Of a stretch of DNA of 64,000 nucleotides, positions 22,217-33,237 are shown in pieces; the first letter of the stretch is position 1; each line of letters begins with the position of its first letter. Source of the stretch: Sphingobium sp. (GTDB lineage Bacteria > Pseudomonadota > Alphaproteobacteria > Sphingomonadales > Sphingomonadaceae); assembly GCF_049304695.1 (NCBI RefSeq), contig NZ_JBAQOK010000097.1:25810-89809 (forward strand), read 5' to 3'. The notes under the pieces were generated by a model that was not told the origin of the DNA, searched no databases, and worked only from the letters and a program-made list of their open reading frames with translations. A program made the translations under genes and the position numbers.

Positions 22217-22246
22217 ACGCTGCTCCGTTAACGCTGGGGGCGCCAA

Positions 22247-23296
22247 GTGACCGCTTTCTTCCAAAATCTGGGTCTCGGCTTCGACGGAGCATGGTTGCTG
22301 TCCACCGTGATCGGCATTTTGCTGATCGCTTTGCCGGTCATGCTGGCCGTCGCGATGATCATCTATGCCGATCGCAAGATCTGGGCGGCGATGGCTTTGC
22401 GCCGTGGTCCCAATGTGGTCGGTCCGTTCGGCCTGCTTCAGTCTTTTGCTGATGGTTTGAAGGTTTTCCTTCAGGAAACCATTGTCCCGTCGGCGTCGAA
22501 CAAGGCGCTGTTCCTGATCGCGCCGATCATCACCTTCACAGTGGCGCTGATGGCGTGGGCGGTCATCCCGTTCCAGGTTGGCGTGGTGTTGGCCAACATC
22601 AATGTCGGGTTGCTCTACATCCTCGCGATCAGTTCGCTTGGTGTCTATGGCATTATTTTGGCTGGTTGGGCATCCAACTCCAAATATCCCTTCTATTCGG
22701 CGATCCGCGCCAGTGCGCAGATGATCAGTTATGAAGTCTCGATCGGCTTCATCATCATCACCGTCGTGCTGTGGGCCGGGTCGTTCAACCTGACCGCGAT
22801 CGTGGAAAGCCAGAAGGGCTATTATGGCTTTCTGAACGGCAACGGGTTTAATCCCTTGCTCTTCCCGATGGCAATCATGTTCCTGATCTCGGCACTGGCC
22901 GAAACCGCGCGCGCGCCGTTCGACCTGACCGAAGCGGAAAGCGAACTGGTCGCGGGTTATCAGACCGAATATTCGTCCATGGCCTTCGCGCTCTATTGGC
23001 TGGGCGAATATGCTAACGTCATCCTGATGTGTGCGCTCAATGCGATCCTGTTCTGGGGTGGCTATCTGCCGCCGGTGGACTGGGCGCCGCTCTATTATGT
23101 GCCCGGCATCCTCTGGCTGTTCGCCAAAATCCTGTTCTTCTTCTTCGTCTTTTCCTGGGTGAAGGCGACTGTGCCGCGCTACCGTTATGACCAGTTGATG
23201 CGTCTGGGCTGGAAGATATTCCTGCCGACCTCGCTCTTCTTCGTCTTCCTGGTATCGGGCTTCCTCATGCTGACGCGCTATGGAGGCGCACAATGA
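22247..23296 (+). CDS. nuoH: NADH-quinone oxidoreductase subunit H
   Basis: 349 aa. GTG start. [32 protein letters not shown]. Confidence 0.96.
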   Translation: MTAFFQNLGLGFDGAWLLSTVIGILLIALPVMLAVAMIIYADRKIWAAMALRRGPNVVGPFGLLQSFADGLKVFLQETIVPSASNKALFLIAPIITFTVALMAWAVIPFQVGVVLANINVGLLYILAISSLGVYGIILAGWASNSKYPFYSAIRASAQMISYEVSIGFIIITVVLWAGSFNLTAIVESQKGYYGFLNGNGFNPLLFPMAIMFLISALAETARAPFDLTEAESELVAGYQTEYSSMAFALYWLGEYANVILMCALNAILFWGGYLPPVDWAPLYYVPGILWLFAKILFFFFVFSWVKATVPRYRYDQLMRLGWKIFLPTSLFFVFLVSGFLMLTRYGGAQ

Positions 23297-23778
23297 GCCT
23301 CGCTTATTATATCAAGAGCTTCACCCTCTGGGAGTTTGTGAAGGCGCATGCGCTGACCTTGAAATATTTTTTCAAGGCCAAGGCGACGATCAACTACCCC
23401 TATGAGAAGAACCCGATCTCGCCGCGTTTTCGTGGGGAACATGCGCTGCGTCGCTATCCCAATGGGGAAGAGCGTTGCATTGCGTGCAAGCTGTGCGAGG
23501 CGGTATGTCCGGCGCAGGCGATTACAATCGAGGCACAGCCGCGCGAGGATGGCAGCCGCCGCACGACGCGCTACGACATCGACATGACCAAGTGCATCTA
23601 TTGCGGTTTCTGTCAGGAAGCCTGCCCGGTGGACGCAGTCGTAGAAGGGCCGAATTTCGAGTTTTCGACCGAAACCCGCGAAGAGCTGATCTACGACAAG
23701 GCCAAGCTCCTCGAAAATGGTGACAAGTGGGAACGCGCGATTGCCGCGAACCTTGCCGCCGATGCCCCCTATCGTTAA
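23293..23778 (+). CDS. nuoI: NADH-quinone oxidoreductase subunit I
   Basis: 161 aa. Two CxxCxxCxxxCP ferredoxin motifs. ATGA overlap with nuoH. Confidence 0.97.
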   Translation: MSLAYYIKSFTLWEFVKAHALTLKYFFKAKATINYPYEKNPISPRFRGEHALRRYPNGEERCIACKLCEAVCPAQAITIEAQPREDGSRRTTRYDIDMTKCIYCGFCQEACPVDAVVEGPNFEFSTETREELIYDKAKLLENGDKWERAIAANLAADAPYR

Positions 23779-23808
23779 GCCGCGCGCGTCAAAGGGAATA
23801 TTGCACCT

Positions 23809-24420
23809 GTGATTCACGTCCTCGCCTTTTACCTGTTCGCCATTTTGGTGGTGTGCAGCGGCGCGCTCACCATATTGTCGCGCAACCCCGTTCATTCGGT
23901 GCTGTGGCTGATCCTCGCCTTCTTCAACGCGGCGGGTCTGATGATCCTGCTGGGGGCAGAGTTTATCGCGATGCTGCTCGTCATCGTCTATGTCGGCGCT
24001 GTTGCGGTGTTGTTCCTGTTCGTCGTGATGATGCTGGACATCGACTTTGCCGAATTGCGGGCCGGGTTCGTCAGCTATCTGCCGTTCGGGCTGCTGATCG
24101 CGCTGGTGCTGCTTGCGGAGATTATCCTGGGCATCGGCCTTTGGAGCGCGGGTCCGATTGAACTGGCACAACGCGCTGCACCGACTGCGCCTGACGTATC
24201 GAACATCAAGGCGATCGGGACGCTGCTTTATACGCGCTACATCTTCCTGTTCGAAGCGGCAGGCATCGTCCTGCTGGTGGCGATGATCGGCGCGATCGTC
24301 CTGACCCACCGCGCTCGTGGTGGCGTGAAGGGGCAGAATGTGGGCAAGCAGAACCGCCGCCGTCCGCAGGATGCGGTGCGCAACGTCAATCAGCCCGTCG
24401 GGCAGGGGGTGGAGCTGTGA
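23809..24420 (+). CDS. nuoJ: NADH-quinone oxidoreductase subunit J
   Basis: 203 aa, hydrophobic. GTG start. Confidence 0.93.
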   Translation: MIHVLAFYLFAILVVCSGALTILSRNPVHSVLWLILAFFNAAGLMILLGAEFIAMLLVIVYVGAVAVLFLFVVMMLDIDFAELRAGFVSYLPFGLLIALVLLAEIILGIGLWSAGPIELAQRAAPTAPDVSNIKAIGTLLYTRYIFLFEAAGIVLLVAMIGAIVLTHRARGGVKGQNVGKQNRRRPQDAVRNVNQPVGQGVEL

Positions 24421-24722
24421 TCGGCCTGCAACATTATATGGTAGTCAGCGCCATCCTGTTCGTGATGGGGGTGCTGGGCATCTTCATCAATCGCAAGAAT
24501 GTGATCATCATTCTGATGGCGATCGAACTGATCCTGCTCAGCGTGAACATCAACTTCGTCGCATTCAGCGCCTTTCTAGGCGATCTGGTGGGGCAAGTTT
24601 TTTCGATGTTCGTGCTGACCGTCGCGGCGGGTGAAGCGGCCATCGGGCTTGCCATTCTCGTCATTTACTTCCGTGGTCGCGGCACGATCGCCGTTGACGA
24701 TGTCAACCGGATGAAGGGCTGA
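24417..24722 (+). CDS. nuoK: NADH-quinone oxidoreductase subunit K
   Basis: 101 aa with 3 TM segments. 4-nt overlap with nuoJ. Confidence 0.95.
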   Translation: MIGLQHYMVVSAILFVMGVLGIFINRKNVIIILMAIELILLSVNINFVAFSAFLGDLVGQVFSMFVLTVAAGEAAIGLAILVIYFRGRGTIAVDDVNRMKG

Positions 24723-24732
24723 GCCTGACCTC

Positions 24733-26823
24733 ATGATCCAGCTTATCGTTCTTCTTCCGCTGCTCGCGGCAGCCATCGCCGGCCTTGGCAACAAGGCGCT
24801 GGGCAAGCTGCCTGCGAAGATCATCACGACCGGGGCGCTCTTTGCTGCTTGTGCAATGAGCTGGCCGATCTTCATCAGCTTCCTGACGGGCAGCGCGCAG
24901 GCGCATGTCGTGCCGCTGTTCACCTGGATTCAGTCAGGCAGCTTCGACGCTCAGTGGGCCTTGCGGGTCGATGCCATGACGGCCGTCATGCTGGTGGTCA
25001 TCACCAGCGTGTCGAGCCTCGTCCACCTGTATAGCTGGGGTTATATGGACGAAGAGCCGGATCAGCCGCGCTTCTTCGCCTATCTCTCGCTCTTCACCTT
25101 CGCGATGCTGATGCTCGTGACGGCGAACAACCTGCTGCAGATGTTCTTCGGCTGGGAAGGGGTGGGGCTTGCCTCCTACCTGCTCATCGGTTTCTGGTTC
25201 CGCAAGCCCAGCGCCAATGCCGCCGCGATCAAGGCGTTCGTCGTCAATCGCGTCGGCGACCTTGGCTTCATGATGGGGATTTTTGGCACCTATCTGGTGT
25301 TCAATACCATCTCGATCCCAGAAATTCTGGCCGCTGCGCCGTCGATGGCGGGTTCGACCATCGGTTTTCTGGGTCACCGCTTCGACACGATGACGGTGCT
25401 TTGTTTACTGCTGTTCGTCGGCGCGATGGGCAAGTCGGCGCAGTTGGGCCTGCATACTTGGTTGCCTGACGCGATGGAGGGGCCGACGCCTGTGTCGGCG
25501 CTGATCCACGCGGCGACCATGGTGACGGCGGGTGTGTTCATGGTGTGCCGCCTGTCGCCGATGTTCGAAACGTCGGCAACGGCGCTGACAGTCGTCACCT
25601 ATGTGGGCGCGGCTACCTGCCTGTTCGCAGCGACGGTCGGCACGGTGCAGACGGACATCAAACGCGTCATCGCCTATTCGACCTGTTCGCAGCTGGGCTA
25701 TATGTTCTTTGCAGCAGGCGTGGGCGCTTACGGTGCGGCGATGTTCCATCTGTTCACGCATGCTTTCTTCAAGGCGCTGTTGTTCCTGGGGGCGGGTTCG
25801 GTCATCCATGCGATGCACCATGAGCAGGACATGCGCTATTATGGCGGCCTGCGTAAAAGCATCCCGATCACCTTCTGGACGATGACGCTGGGGACGCTGG
25901 CGATCACCGGCGTCGGCCTGCCGATCGTGGGCATTGGCTTTGCCGGTTTCTATTCGAAGGACGGCATCCTGGAGGCGGCCTATGCCGCTGGCGGAGCCGG
26001 GACCGGTGCGTTCATCGTCGGCGTCTTCGCCGCGCTGCTGACCAGCTTCTACAGCTGGCGTCTGGTCTTCCTGACCTTTTTCGGCAAGCCCCGCTGGGCC
26101 GCGTCGGAGCATATCCAGCATGCGTTGCACGATGCACATGGGCATGACGATCATGCTCATGATACACCGGCGCAGGAAGATGCGGGCCATGAACCGCACG
26201 CCCATGCCCATGACGCGCATGGCCATGATGACCATCATCATGCGCCAGCGACCGGCGATGGCGGCTATCATCCACATGAAAGCCCGTGGGTGATGCTGGT
26301 CCCGCTGGTGATCCTGAGCCTGGGCGCGGTATTTGCTGGCTTCGTCTTCCACGACCAGTTTATCGGTCCCGAAGGCGGTATTGCATTTTGGAACGGTGCG
26401 CTCGCGTTCGACAGCCATCTGATGCATGCTGCGCATGAAGTGCCGACATGGGTCAAGTTCGCGCCGTTCACGGTGATGCTGACCGGGTTGCTGATCGCTT
26501 ATCTGAGCTATCTCAGAAATACCGACTGGCCGCAGCGGTTCGTGGCGACCTTTGGCGCGCTCTACACCTTCCTGCTCAACAAATGGTATTTCGACGAACT
26601 GTATAACGTCCTGTTCGTGAAGCCTGCCTTTGCCATCGGTCGCTTCTTCTGGAAGTTCGGCGATGTCGGCCTGATCGACCGGTTCGGCCCCAACGGGCTG
26701 GCAGCGCTGGTCGTGCAGGGCAATAAAGTGACGCGTCGGCTTCAGTCCGGCTACCTCTACACCTACGCGCTGGTGATGCTGATCGGCCTCGCCGCTGCCG
26801 CAACCTGGGCGATGACACGATAA
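24733..26823 (+). CDS. nuoL: NADH-quinone oxidoreductase subunit L, with a His-rich insertion
   Basis: 696 aa antiporter-like subunit ([15 protein letters not shown]). His/Asp-rich segment encoded at about 26107-26283. Confidence 0.96.
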   Translation: MIQLIVLLPLLAAAIAGLGNKALGKLPAKIITTGALFAACAMSWPIFISFLTGSAQAHVVPLFTWIQSGSFDAQWALRVDAMTAVMLVVITSVSSLVHLYSWGYMDEEPDQPRFFAYLSLFTFAMLMLVTANNLLQMFFGWEGVGLASYLLIGFWFRKPSANAAAIKAFVVNRVGDLGFMMGIFGTYLVFNTISIPEILAAAPSMAGSTIGFLGHRFDTMTVLCLLLFVGAMGKSAQLGLHTWLPDAMEGPTPVSALIHAATMVTAGVFMVCRLSPMFETSATALTVVTYVGAATCLFAATVGTVQTDIKRVIAYSTCSQLGYMFFAAGVGAYGAAMFHLFTHAFFKALLFLGAGSVIHAMHHEQDMRYYGGLRKSIPITFWTMTLGTLAITGVGLPIVGIGFAGFYSKDGILEAAYAAGGAGTGAFIVGVFAALLTSFYSWRLVFLTFFGKPRWAASEHIQHALHDAHGHDDHAHDTPAQEDAGHEPHAHAHDAHGHDDHHHAPATGDGGYHPHESPWVMLVPLVILSLGAVFAGFVFHDQFIGPEGGIAFWNGALAFDSHLMHAAHEVPTWVKFAPFTVMLTGLLIAYLSYLRNTDWPQRFVATFGALYTFLLNKWYFDELYNVLFVKPAFAIGRFFWKFGDVGLIDRFGPNGLAALVVQGNKVTRRLQSGYLYTYALVMLIGLAAAATWAMTR

Positions 26824-28376
26824 TGGACGGCTTCCCCATCCTTTCCCTGATGATGGCAGTGCCGATGGCCGGGGCCATCGCCTGTCTGTTTGCGGGCGCG
26901 AACAATGCGCGCTGGATCGCGCTGATCGCCACGCTGGTGGATTTCGTTCTGGGCGTCGTCCTGTGGATGAATTTCGACCAGTCCGGCACAGGCGCGCAGT
27001 GGCAGTTTCAGGAATATGCGCCGGTGTTCGGTCGCTTCGCCTGGGCGCTGGGTATCGACGGCATCGCGTTGATGCTGATCGTTCTGACCGTGTTCCTGAT
27101 GCCGATCTGCATTGGTGCCAGCTGGAACGCGATCGAAAAGCGCGTCGGCGAATATATGGCGGCGTTCCTGTTCATGGAGGTGCTGATGATCGGCGTCTTC
27201 ACCGCGCAGGATCTCTACCTCTTCTACATCATGTTCGAAGCCGGTCTCATCCCGATGTATCTGATCATCGGCATCTGGGGCGGCGCGGATCGCATTTATG
27301 CCAGCTATAAATTCTTCCTCTACACATTGTTCGGCTCGGTCCTGATGCTGATCGCGATGATGTGGATGGTGCATGAAGCGGGCACGACGCAGATTCCCGT
27401 CTTGATGGCGTATAATTTCCCGCCGCATGCGCAGACATGGCTGTTCCTCGCCTTCTTCGCCAGCTTCGCTGTTAAGATGCCGATGTGGCCGGTCCACACC
27501 TGGTTGCCTGACGCGCATGTCCAGGCGCCGACCGCAGGGTCAGTCATTCTTGCGGGCGTGCTGCTTAAAATGGGCGGTTACGGGTTCATCCGCTTTTCGC
27601 TGCCAATGTTCCCCGAAGCGTCCGCGCAGCTTGCGCCGCTGGTCTGGGGACTGTCGATGGTCGCGGTCGTCTATACCAGCCTCGTCGCGCTGGTGCAGTC
27701 GGACATGAAGAAGCTGATCGCCTATTCGTCCGTCGCGCACATGGCGATCGTCACTATCGGCCTGTTTGCCTTCAACCAGGCGGGTATTGAGGGCGCTATG
27801 ATGGTCATGCTGGGCCATGGTCTGGTCGCGGGCGCTTTGTTCCTGTGCGTCGGCGTCGTCTATGACCGGCTGCATACGCGTGAGATTGCACGCTATGGTG
27901 GCCTGTCGATCAACATGCCCAAATATGCCGTGCTGTTCCTGTTCTTCACCATGGCCGCCGTCGGCCTGCCGGGCACGTCCAATTTCGTGTGTGAGTTCCT
28001 CTCGCTTATGGGCGTGTATCAGGCGTCGAGCTGGGTCGCGCTGGTCTGCACTACGGGCATCATCCTGGGCGCGGCCTACATGCTCTACCTCTATCGCCGG
28101 ATCTGCTATGGTGAGCAGGTCAATGCTGATGCCGCTGCCATGCCAGACCTGTCGATGCGGGAATTCTGGCTGATGGCACCCATCGCGGCGGTGGTACTGT
28201 GGATGGGCGTCTATCCCGAAAGTTTCCTGTCGCCGATGCGTCCTGACATTCGCGCGCTTGAAGCGCGCCTCGCGCCCGCTGCACCGGGCGGCGATTCCAA
28301 GATTAAAATGGGTGCGCCCAAGCCAGTGAGTGAGGGCCATCATGAAGAAGTTCCGGCGCACGGGGGAGCGCACTGA
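26823..28376 (+). CDS. nuoM: NADH-quinone oxidoreductase subunit M
   Basis: 517 aa antiporter-like subunit. TAATG overlap with nuoL. Confidence 0.96.
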   Translation: MDGFPILSLMMAVPMAGAIACLFAGANNARWIALIATLVDFVLGVVLWMNFDQSGTGAQWQFQEYAPVFGRFAWALGIDGIALMLIVLTVFLMPICIGASWNAIEKRVGEYMAAFLFMEVLMIGVFTAQDLYLFYIMFEAGLIPMYLIIGIWGGADRIYASYKFFLYTLFGSVLMLIAMMWMVHEAGTTQIPVLMAYNFPPHAQTWLFLAFFASFAVKMPMWPVHTWLPDAHVQAPTAGSVILAGVLLKMGGYGFIRFSLPMFPEASAQLAPLVWGLSMVAVVYTSLVALVQSDMKKLIAYSSVAHMAIVTIGLFAFNQAGIEGAMMVMLGHGLVAGALFLCVGVVYDRLHTREIARYGGLSINMPKYAVLFLFFTMAAVGLPGTSNFVCEFLSLMGVYQASSWVALVCTTGIILGAAYMLYLYRRICYGEQVNADAAAMPDLSMREFWLMAPIAAVVLWMGVYPESFLSPMRPDIRALEARLAPAAPGGDSKIKMGAPKPVSEGHHEEVPAHGGAH

Positions 28377-29812
28377 TGATTGAATCCGCTTCCCTCATGG
28401 CCGTCCTGCCCGAGCTGGTTCTCACGGCAGGCGGATTGATCCTGATGCTCGTCGCGGCGTTTGGCGGTGATGGTACATCCCGCATGGTCAACTGGCTGGC
28501 TGTCCTGACGCTCGGCTTGGCTGGCCTTTCGCTGTCCACCTCGCTGGCTTATGGTCCCGTTGCCTTTGATGGTCTCGTCCGCGCCGATGCTTTCTCGGTT
28601 TACGCCAAGGCATTAATTTACGCCGCTGCGGGTGCAGCAATCCTGCTCGCCCCGCGCTTCTTTTCCACAGATGGCGCGGAGCGGCCTGAATATCCGGTTC
28701 TGATCCTGTTCAGCAGCATCGGCATGGGCATGATGGTGTCGGCGGGCGACATGCTGACGTTGTATGTCGGGCTGGAGATGCAGAGCCTGGCCGCTTATGT
28801 ACTGGCCAGCTTCATGCGGCAGGATGGGCGCTCGTCCGAGGCAGGCCTGAAATATTTCGTGCTGGGTTCGCTGGCGAGTGGCATCCTGCTCTACGGCATT
28901 TCCCTGCTCTACGGCTTCACCGGCAGCACCGCGTTCGACGGCATCGCCGTGGCGATGGGCGATGGCGTGTCAAAGGGCGAGCTGTTCGGCCTGGTATTTG
29001 TGCTGGCGGGCCTTGCTTTCAAGATCAGCGCCGTGCCGTTCCATATGTGGACGCCCGACGTCTATGAAGGCGCGCCAACGCCGGTCGCCACCTTCTTCGG
29101 CAGCGCGCCCAAGGTTGCAGCCATGGGCCTGACCGTGCGTGTTGCGATCGAGGCATTGGGGCCAGCGGGTCTGGACTGGCAGCAGATCGTGATCTTCGTG
29201 GCGCTTGCCTCGATTATTTTCGGCGCGGTCGCGGCGATCGGCCAGACTAACATCAAGCGCCTGATGGCCTATTCCTCGATCAACAATGTCGGCTTTGCGC
29301 TGATCGGCCTCGCCTGCGGCACACCTGCTGGTGTGGCTGCGACGATGAGCTACATGGCGATCTATGTTGTCATGACCATCGGTGCGTTCGCCTGTATCCT
29401 GCAAATGCGCGACGCGGACGGTAAGCCAGTCGAGAGCATCGCCAGCCTGGCTGGCCTGTCGCAATCGCGTAAGGGTCTGGCTGCCGGTTTCGCGATCTTC
29501 ATGTTCTCGATGGCTGGCATCCCGCCGCTGTTCGGCTTCTGGGCCAAGTTCCTAGTGTTCGATGCGGCGGTGGCGTCCGGCCTCACGGCATTGGCAGCGG
29601 TGGGTATAGCCGCTTCGGTGATAGGCGCTTTCTATTACCTCAAGATCATCAAGACGATCTACTTCGACGAGCCAACCGCCGCCTATGAGGCGAAAGGCGG
29701 GGCTGTGGAAAATATCATCCTGACCGCATGCGCCGTCGTGATCGTGGTGGGTTATCTGCTCAATCCGTTGTTGGACAAGGCCAGCGCCGCCGCTGCGGCG
29801 TCGCTCTTCTGA
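28376..29812 (+). CDS. nuoN: NADH-quinone oxidoreductase subunit N
   Basis: 478 aa antiporter-like subunit. TGATG overlap with nuoM. Confidence 0.96.
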   Translation: MIESASLMAVLPELVLTAGGLILMLVAAFGGDGTSRMVNWLAVLTLGLAGLSLSTSLAYGPVAFDGLVRADAFSVYAKALIYAAAGAAILLAPRFFSTDGAERPEYPVLILFSSIGMGMMVSAGDMLTLYVGLEMQSLAAYVLASFMRQDGRSSEAGLKYFVLGSLASGILLYGISLLYGFTGSTAFDGIAVAMGDGVSKGELFGLVFVLAGLAFKISAVPFHMWTPDVYEGAPTPVATFFGSAPKVAAMGLTVRVAIEALGPAGLDWQQIVIFVALASIIFGAVAAIGQTNIKRLMAYSSINNVGFALIGLACGTPAGVAATMSYMAIYVVMTIGAFACILQMRDADGKPVESIASLAGLSQSRKGLAAGFAIFMFSMAGIPPLFGFWAKFLVFDAAVASGLTALAAVGIAASVIGAFYYLKIIKTIYFDEPTAAYEAKGGAVENIILTACAVVIVVGYLLNPLLDKASAAAAASLF

Positions 29813-29814
29813 CA

Positions 29815-30516
29815 TTGATCCGCTTTGTCGCGGAAACCGGGTCGACCAATGCCGACATGTTGGCGTTGGTGGATCAGGGCGCGCCCGAAGGCTGCTGGTT
29901 GCGTGCGGGACGGCAAAGCGGCGGCAGGGGGCGCTTGGGCCGAAGCTGGGACAGCCCGGTCGGCAATCTCTATTGCTCAACCTTCGTGCTGCTGAGTCAG
30001 GGCGATCCACTGGCGCATACTCTGGCACTGGTTGCGGCCAATGCTGTCCATGCCCTTGTCGCGCCACTTTGCGCGGGACGAGCGCAGATCAAATGGCCCA
30101 ATGACATATTGGTCGATGGCGCGAAGATCGCCGGTATCCTGCTGGAGCGGACGGGCAATGCGATCGTCGTGGGGATCGGTATCAACGTGACCGATCATCC
30201 GACGGGTCTCGATCGGCCCGTCACCAGCCTCGCCGCTCAGGGGGCGACCAATGCGGAAGCGGGCACGCTGCTGGAGAGACTAGCGCAGCTTTTCGCGCAC
30301 TGGTTATCGATATGGCGCGCGCAGGGGCTGGACCCGGTACGGACGCACTGGTTGCTGAACGCGCACTCGCCCGGCACAGCGATGCGGGTCGCACAATCCG
30401 ATGGCGGCGTGGTTGAGGGTGCATTCGATACGCTGGACGCGCAGGGCATGTTGATCCTGCGCTTGGCGAATGGCGACAAGCATGTCATTCACGCCGGCGA
30501 CATCCACCTGCTCTAA
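29815..30516 (+). CDS. birA: biotin-[acetyl-CoA-carboxylase] ligase, no N-terminal HTH (group I type)
   Basis: Contains GRQSGGRGRLGRSW and KWPNDILVDGAKIAGILLE. No in-frame ATG follows the nuoN stop, so I take the TTG at 29815, 3 nt after that stop. The track start at 29728 lies inside nuoN. Confidence 0.85.
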   Translation: MIRFVAETGSTNADMLALVDQGAPEGCWLRAGRQSGGRGRLGRSWDSPVGNLYCSTFVLLSQGDPLAHTLALVAANAVHALVAPLCAGRAQIKWPNDILVDGAKIAGILLERTGNAIVVGIGINVTDHPTGLDRPVTSLAAQGATNAEAGTLLERLAQLFAHWLSIWRAQGLDPVRTHWLLNAHSPGTAMRVAQSDGGVVEGAFDTLDAQGMLILRLANGDKHVIHAGDIHLL

Positions 30517-30534
30517 CCATTTCGGGGATCGGCC

Positions 30535-31314
30535 ATGCTTCTCGCGATCGACGCGGGCAATACCAATGTGGTTTTCGCGCTGCTGGACGGCCGGGATATC
30601 TGTGCGCGCTGGCGCATTGCTACTGACCCGCGCCGCACGGCCGATGAATATGCTGTCTGGCTGAACCAGTTGTTGATGCTTGAAGGCTATAAGATCGCTG
30701 ACGTCAATGCGGTTATCATCGCGACGGTCGTGCCCCGTGCGCTGCACAATCTGCAGGTGTTGTCCGAGAAATATTTCAAGACGACCCCGCTGGTTGCCGG
30801 TCAGGGTAGCGTGGAATGGGGTATCGAACTGGACGTGGCGGAGCCGGGGTCGGTGGGGGCGGATCGGGTTGTAAACGCGATCGCGGCGCACCATCTGTAT
30901 ACCGGCGATTTAATCATCATCGATTTTGGCACTGCGACGACGTTCGACGTTGTCGATTATAGCGGTGCTTACAAGGGCGGGATCATCGCGCCAGGCATCA
31001 ATCTGTCATTGGACGCTTTGGTTGCGGCGGCGGCGAAATTGCCCAAGATCGCTATTACCGCGCCCGAAACCCGATCGGTCATCGGGCGCACGACCGAAGC
31101 ACAGATGCACATCGGCGTTTTTTGGGGCTATGTAGCCATGATGGAGGGGCTGGTCGCCCGTATGAGGGCGGAAATCGGCCGACCGACCAGAGTGATTTCG
31201 ACGGGGGGCTTAGCGGTCCTCTTCAACGACAACAGCGATATTTTCGATGCAATCGCGCCAGACTTGACGGTTCAAGGCCTCGCGCTGCTGCACGAGCGGA
31301 GTATGAAGACATAA
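30535..31314 (+). CDS. coaX: type III pantothenate kinase
   Basis: 259 aa. [27 protein letters not shown] and [11 protein letters not shown]. Confidence 0.95.
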   Translation: MLLAIDAGNTNVVFALLDGRDICARWRIATDPRRTADEYAVWLNQLLMLEGYKIADVNAVIIATVVPRALHNLQVLSEKYFKTTPLVAGQGSVEWGIELDVAEPGSVGADRVVNAIAAHHLYTGDLIIIDFGTATTFDVVDYSGAYKGGIIAPGINLSLDALVAAAAKLPKIAITAPETRSVIGRTTEAQMHIGVFWGYVAMMEGLVARMRAEIGRPTRVISTGGLAVLFNDNSDIFDAIAPDLTVQGLALLHERSMKT

Positions 31315-32951
31315 TGAAACCTAAAGATGAGCTGCTCTTCCTGGCCCTTGGTGGGTCGGGGGAGATCGGCATGAATGTCAATCTCTATGGTTGCCAGGGC
31401 AAGTGGGTGATGGTCGATCTGGGCCTGACCTTTGCCGATTCCAATTATCCGGGCGTGGAACTGATCCTGCCTGACCTGAGCTTTATCGAGGATCGTCGGG
31501 ACGATCTGTTGGGTATCGTGCTGACGCACGGGCATGAAGACCATATCGGCGCCATTCCCTATCTGGCCGCCGACCTTGGTGTGCCGCTCTACGCGACGCC
31601 TTTCACTGCCGGGTTGATCCGACTGAAGCTGGAAGAGGAGGGGCTGTCGAAGACGGTCAAGCTCCATGTCATCCAGAATGAAGGCAGCTTCAATCTGGGG
31701 CCGTTTGGCTTCCGTTACGTGCCGCTGGCGCATTCGATTCCCGAAGGCAATGGGCTGGTCATCGACACGCCGCACGGGCGTATATTCCATACTGGTGACT
31801 GGAAGCTGGACGACCAACCCCTACTGGGCAAGCCATCGACGCCTGCGGAACTGACCGCGATCGGTGACGAAGGCGTTCTGGCGCTGGTGTGCGATAGTAC
31901 CAACGTATTCAACGACAAGGCCAGCGGGTCCGAAGGAGCCGTGCGCGAGGGGTTGATGCAGACCGTCGCAGCAGCGAAAGGCCGCGTGCTGGTCACGACC
32001 TTTGCGTCCAACGCGGCGCGCGTTCAGACACTGGGCGAAGTCGCAGCAGCCTGTGGGCGCAAAGTGTGCGTCGCCGGGCGTTCGCTGGATCGCATTATCA
32101 CGACCGCCAAGGCGGCGGGTTATCTCAAGGACTTTCCGCCAACGGTCGATTGGGACGATGTCATGTCGTTGCCGCGCGACGAGGTGATGATCATCGCCAC
32201 GGGCGGGCAGGGCGAAGCGCGGGCCGCACTTGCGCGCGTGGCTTTCGACAGTCATCCTATCAAGCTGGCGGAGGGCGACACGGTCGTTTTCTCGTCCAAG
32301 CAGATCCCCGGCAATGAAATTGCCATTGGTCGCATCCAGAATGCGCTGGCGATGAAGAACATCCTGATGGTGACCGATCGTCAGGCGGAAGTGCATGTGT
32401 CCGGCCATCCGGGGCGGCCCGAACTGGAAGCGATGTATCGCTGGATACGACCTGAAATCCTGCTGCCAGTCCATGGCGAGCGGCGACATATGGCGGAACA
32501 GGCGCGACTGGGCATCACCAGCGGTATTCGCCATGCCGTAGTCCAGTCGAACGGTGACCTGCTGCGGTTGGCGCCCGGCGCGCCGCAGATCATCGGCAAG
32601 CAGGATGTGGGCAGACTGGTGCTGGATGGCGACGTCATCTTGCCTGCCGACGGCGCCACTATCAACGAGCGGCGCAAGCTGGGCCTGCATGGTCAGATCA
32701 GCGTCGCCGTGGCGTTGGACCGCAAGGGCAAGCTGATAGGCTCGCCGACGCTGCGCACGCAGGGCGTTCCAGTCGAGGAAGATAAGGCAGCGTTCCTGAA
32801 GGAAGCAGCCGATGAAGTCGCGACCGTCCTGCCCAAGGGATCGCAGGAAGAAGACGCCCTGCGTGAACGCGTTCGCCTGGCCGTGCGCCGTGTCGCGACC
32901 CGCTGGACGGGCAAGAAGCCGATAGTGGACGTTCTGCTTATTCGGGCGTAA
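31314..32951 (+). CDS. rnj: ribonuclease J (metallo-beta-lactamase/beta-CASP)
   Basis: 545 aa counted from the ATG at 31314 (TAATG overlap with coaX). LTHGHEDHIGAIPYL motif. The track ORF start at 31122 lies inside coaX. Confidence 0.92.
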   Translation: MKPKDELLFLALGGSGEIGMNVNLYGCQGKWVMVDLGLTFADSNYPGVELILPDLSFIEDRRDDLLGIVLTHGHEDHIGAIPYLAADLGVPLYATPFTAGLIRLKLEEEGLSKTVKLHVIQNEGSFNLGPFGFRYVPLAHSIPEGNGLVIDTPHGRIFHTGDWKLDDQPLLGKPSTPAELTAIGDEGVLALVCDSTNVFNDKASGSEGAVREGLMQTVAAAKGRVLVTTFASNAARVQTLGEVAAACGRKVCVAGRSLDRIITTAKAAGYLKDFPPTVDWDDVMSLPRDEVMIIATGGQGEARAALARVAFDSHPIKLAEGDTVVFSSKQIPGNEIAIGRIQNALAMKNILMVTDRQAEVHVSGHPGRPELEAMYRWIRPEILLPVHGERRHMAEQARLGITSGIRHAVVQSNGDLLRLAPGAPQIIGKQDVGRLVLDGDVILPADGATINERRKLGLHGQISVAVALDRKGKLIGSPTLRTQGVPVEEDKAAFLKEAADEVATVLPKGSQEEDALRERVRLAVRRVATRWTGKKPIVDVLLIRA

Positions 32952-32960
32952 TCTGGGGCT

Positions 32961-33230
32961 ATGAACCTCTACGCGATCTTTGCCATCTATGTGCTGTTCT
33001 GGGTGATCAGCGCATTCGTCATGCTGCCCTTCGGCATCCGCACACCCGATGAAACGGGCGAAGTGCTGATCCGGGGGCAGGCGGATAGCGCGCCCAGCAA
33101 CTTCCGACCGGGCATGGTCGCATTACGCGCTACGCTGATGTCGGCTGTCCTGTTCGGGCTATATTATGCCAATTATGTGCAGGGTTGGGTGACGATAGAC
33201 ATGCTGCCGGGCTTTCATGCAGGGCGGTAA
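32961..33230 (+). CDS. DUF1467-family small membrane protein
   Basis: 89 aa. FWVISAFVMLPFGIRTPDE...GQADSAPSNFRPG. This is the usual position after the nuo-birA-coaX-rnj block in alphaproteobacteria. Confidence 0.8.
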   Translation: MNLYAIFAIYVLFWVISAFVMLPFGIRTPDETGEVLIRGQADSAPSNFRPGMVALRATLMSAVLFGLYYANYVQGWVTIDMLPGFHAGR

Positions 33231-33237
33231 GCGGGGA

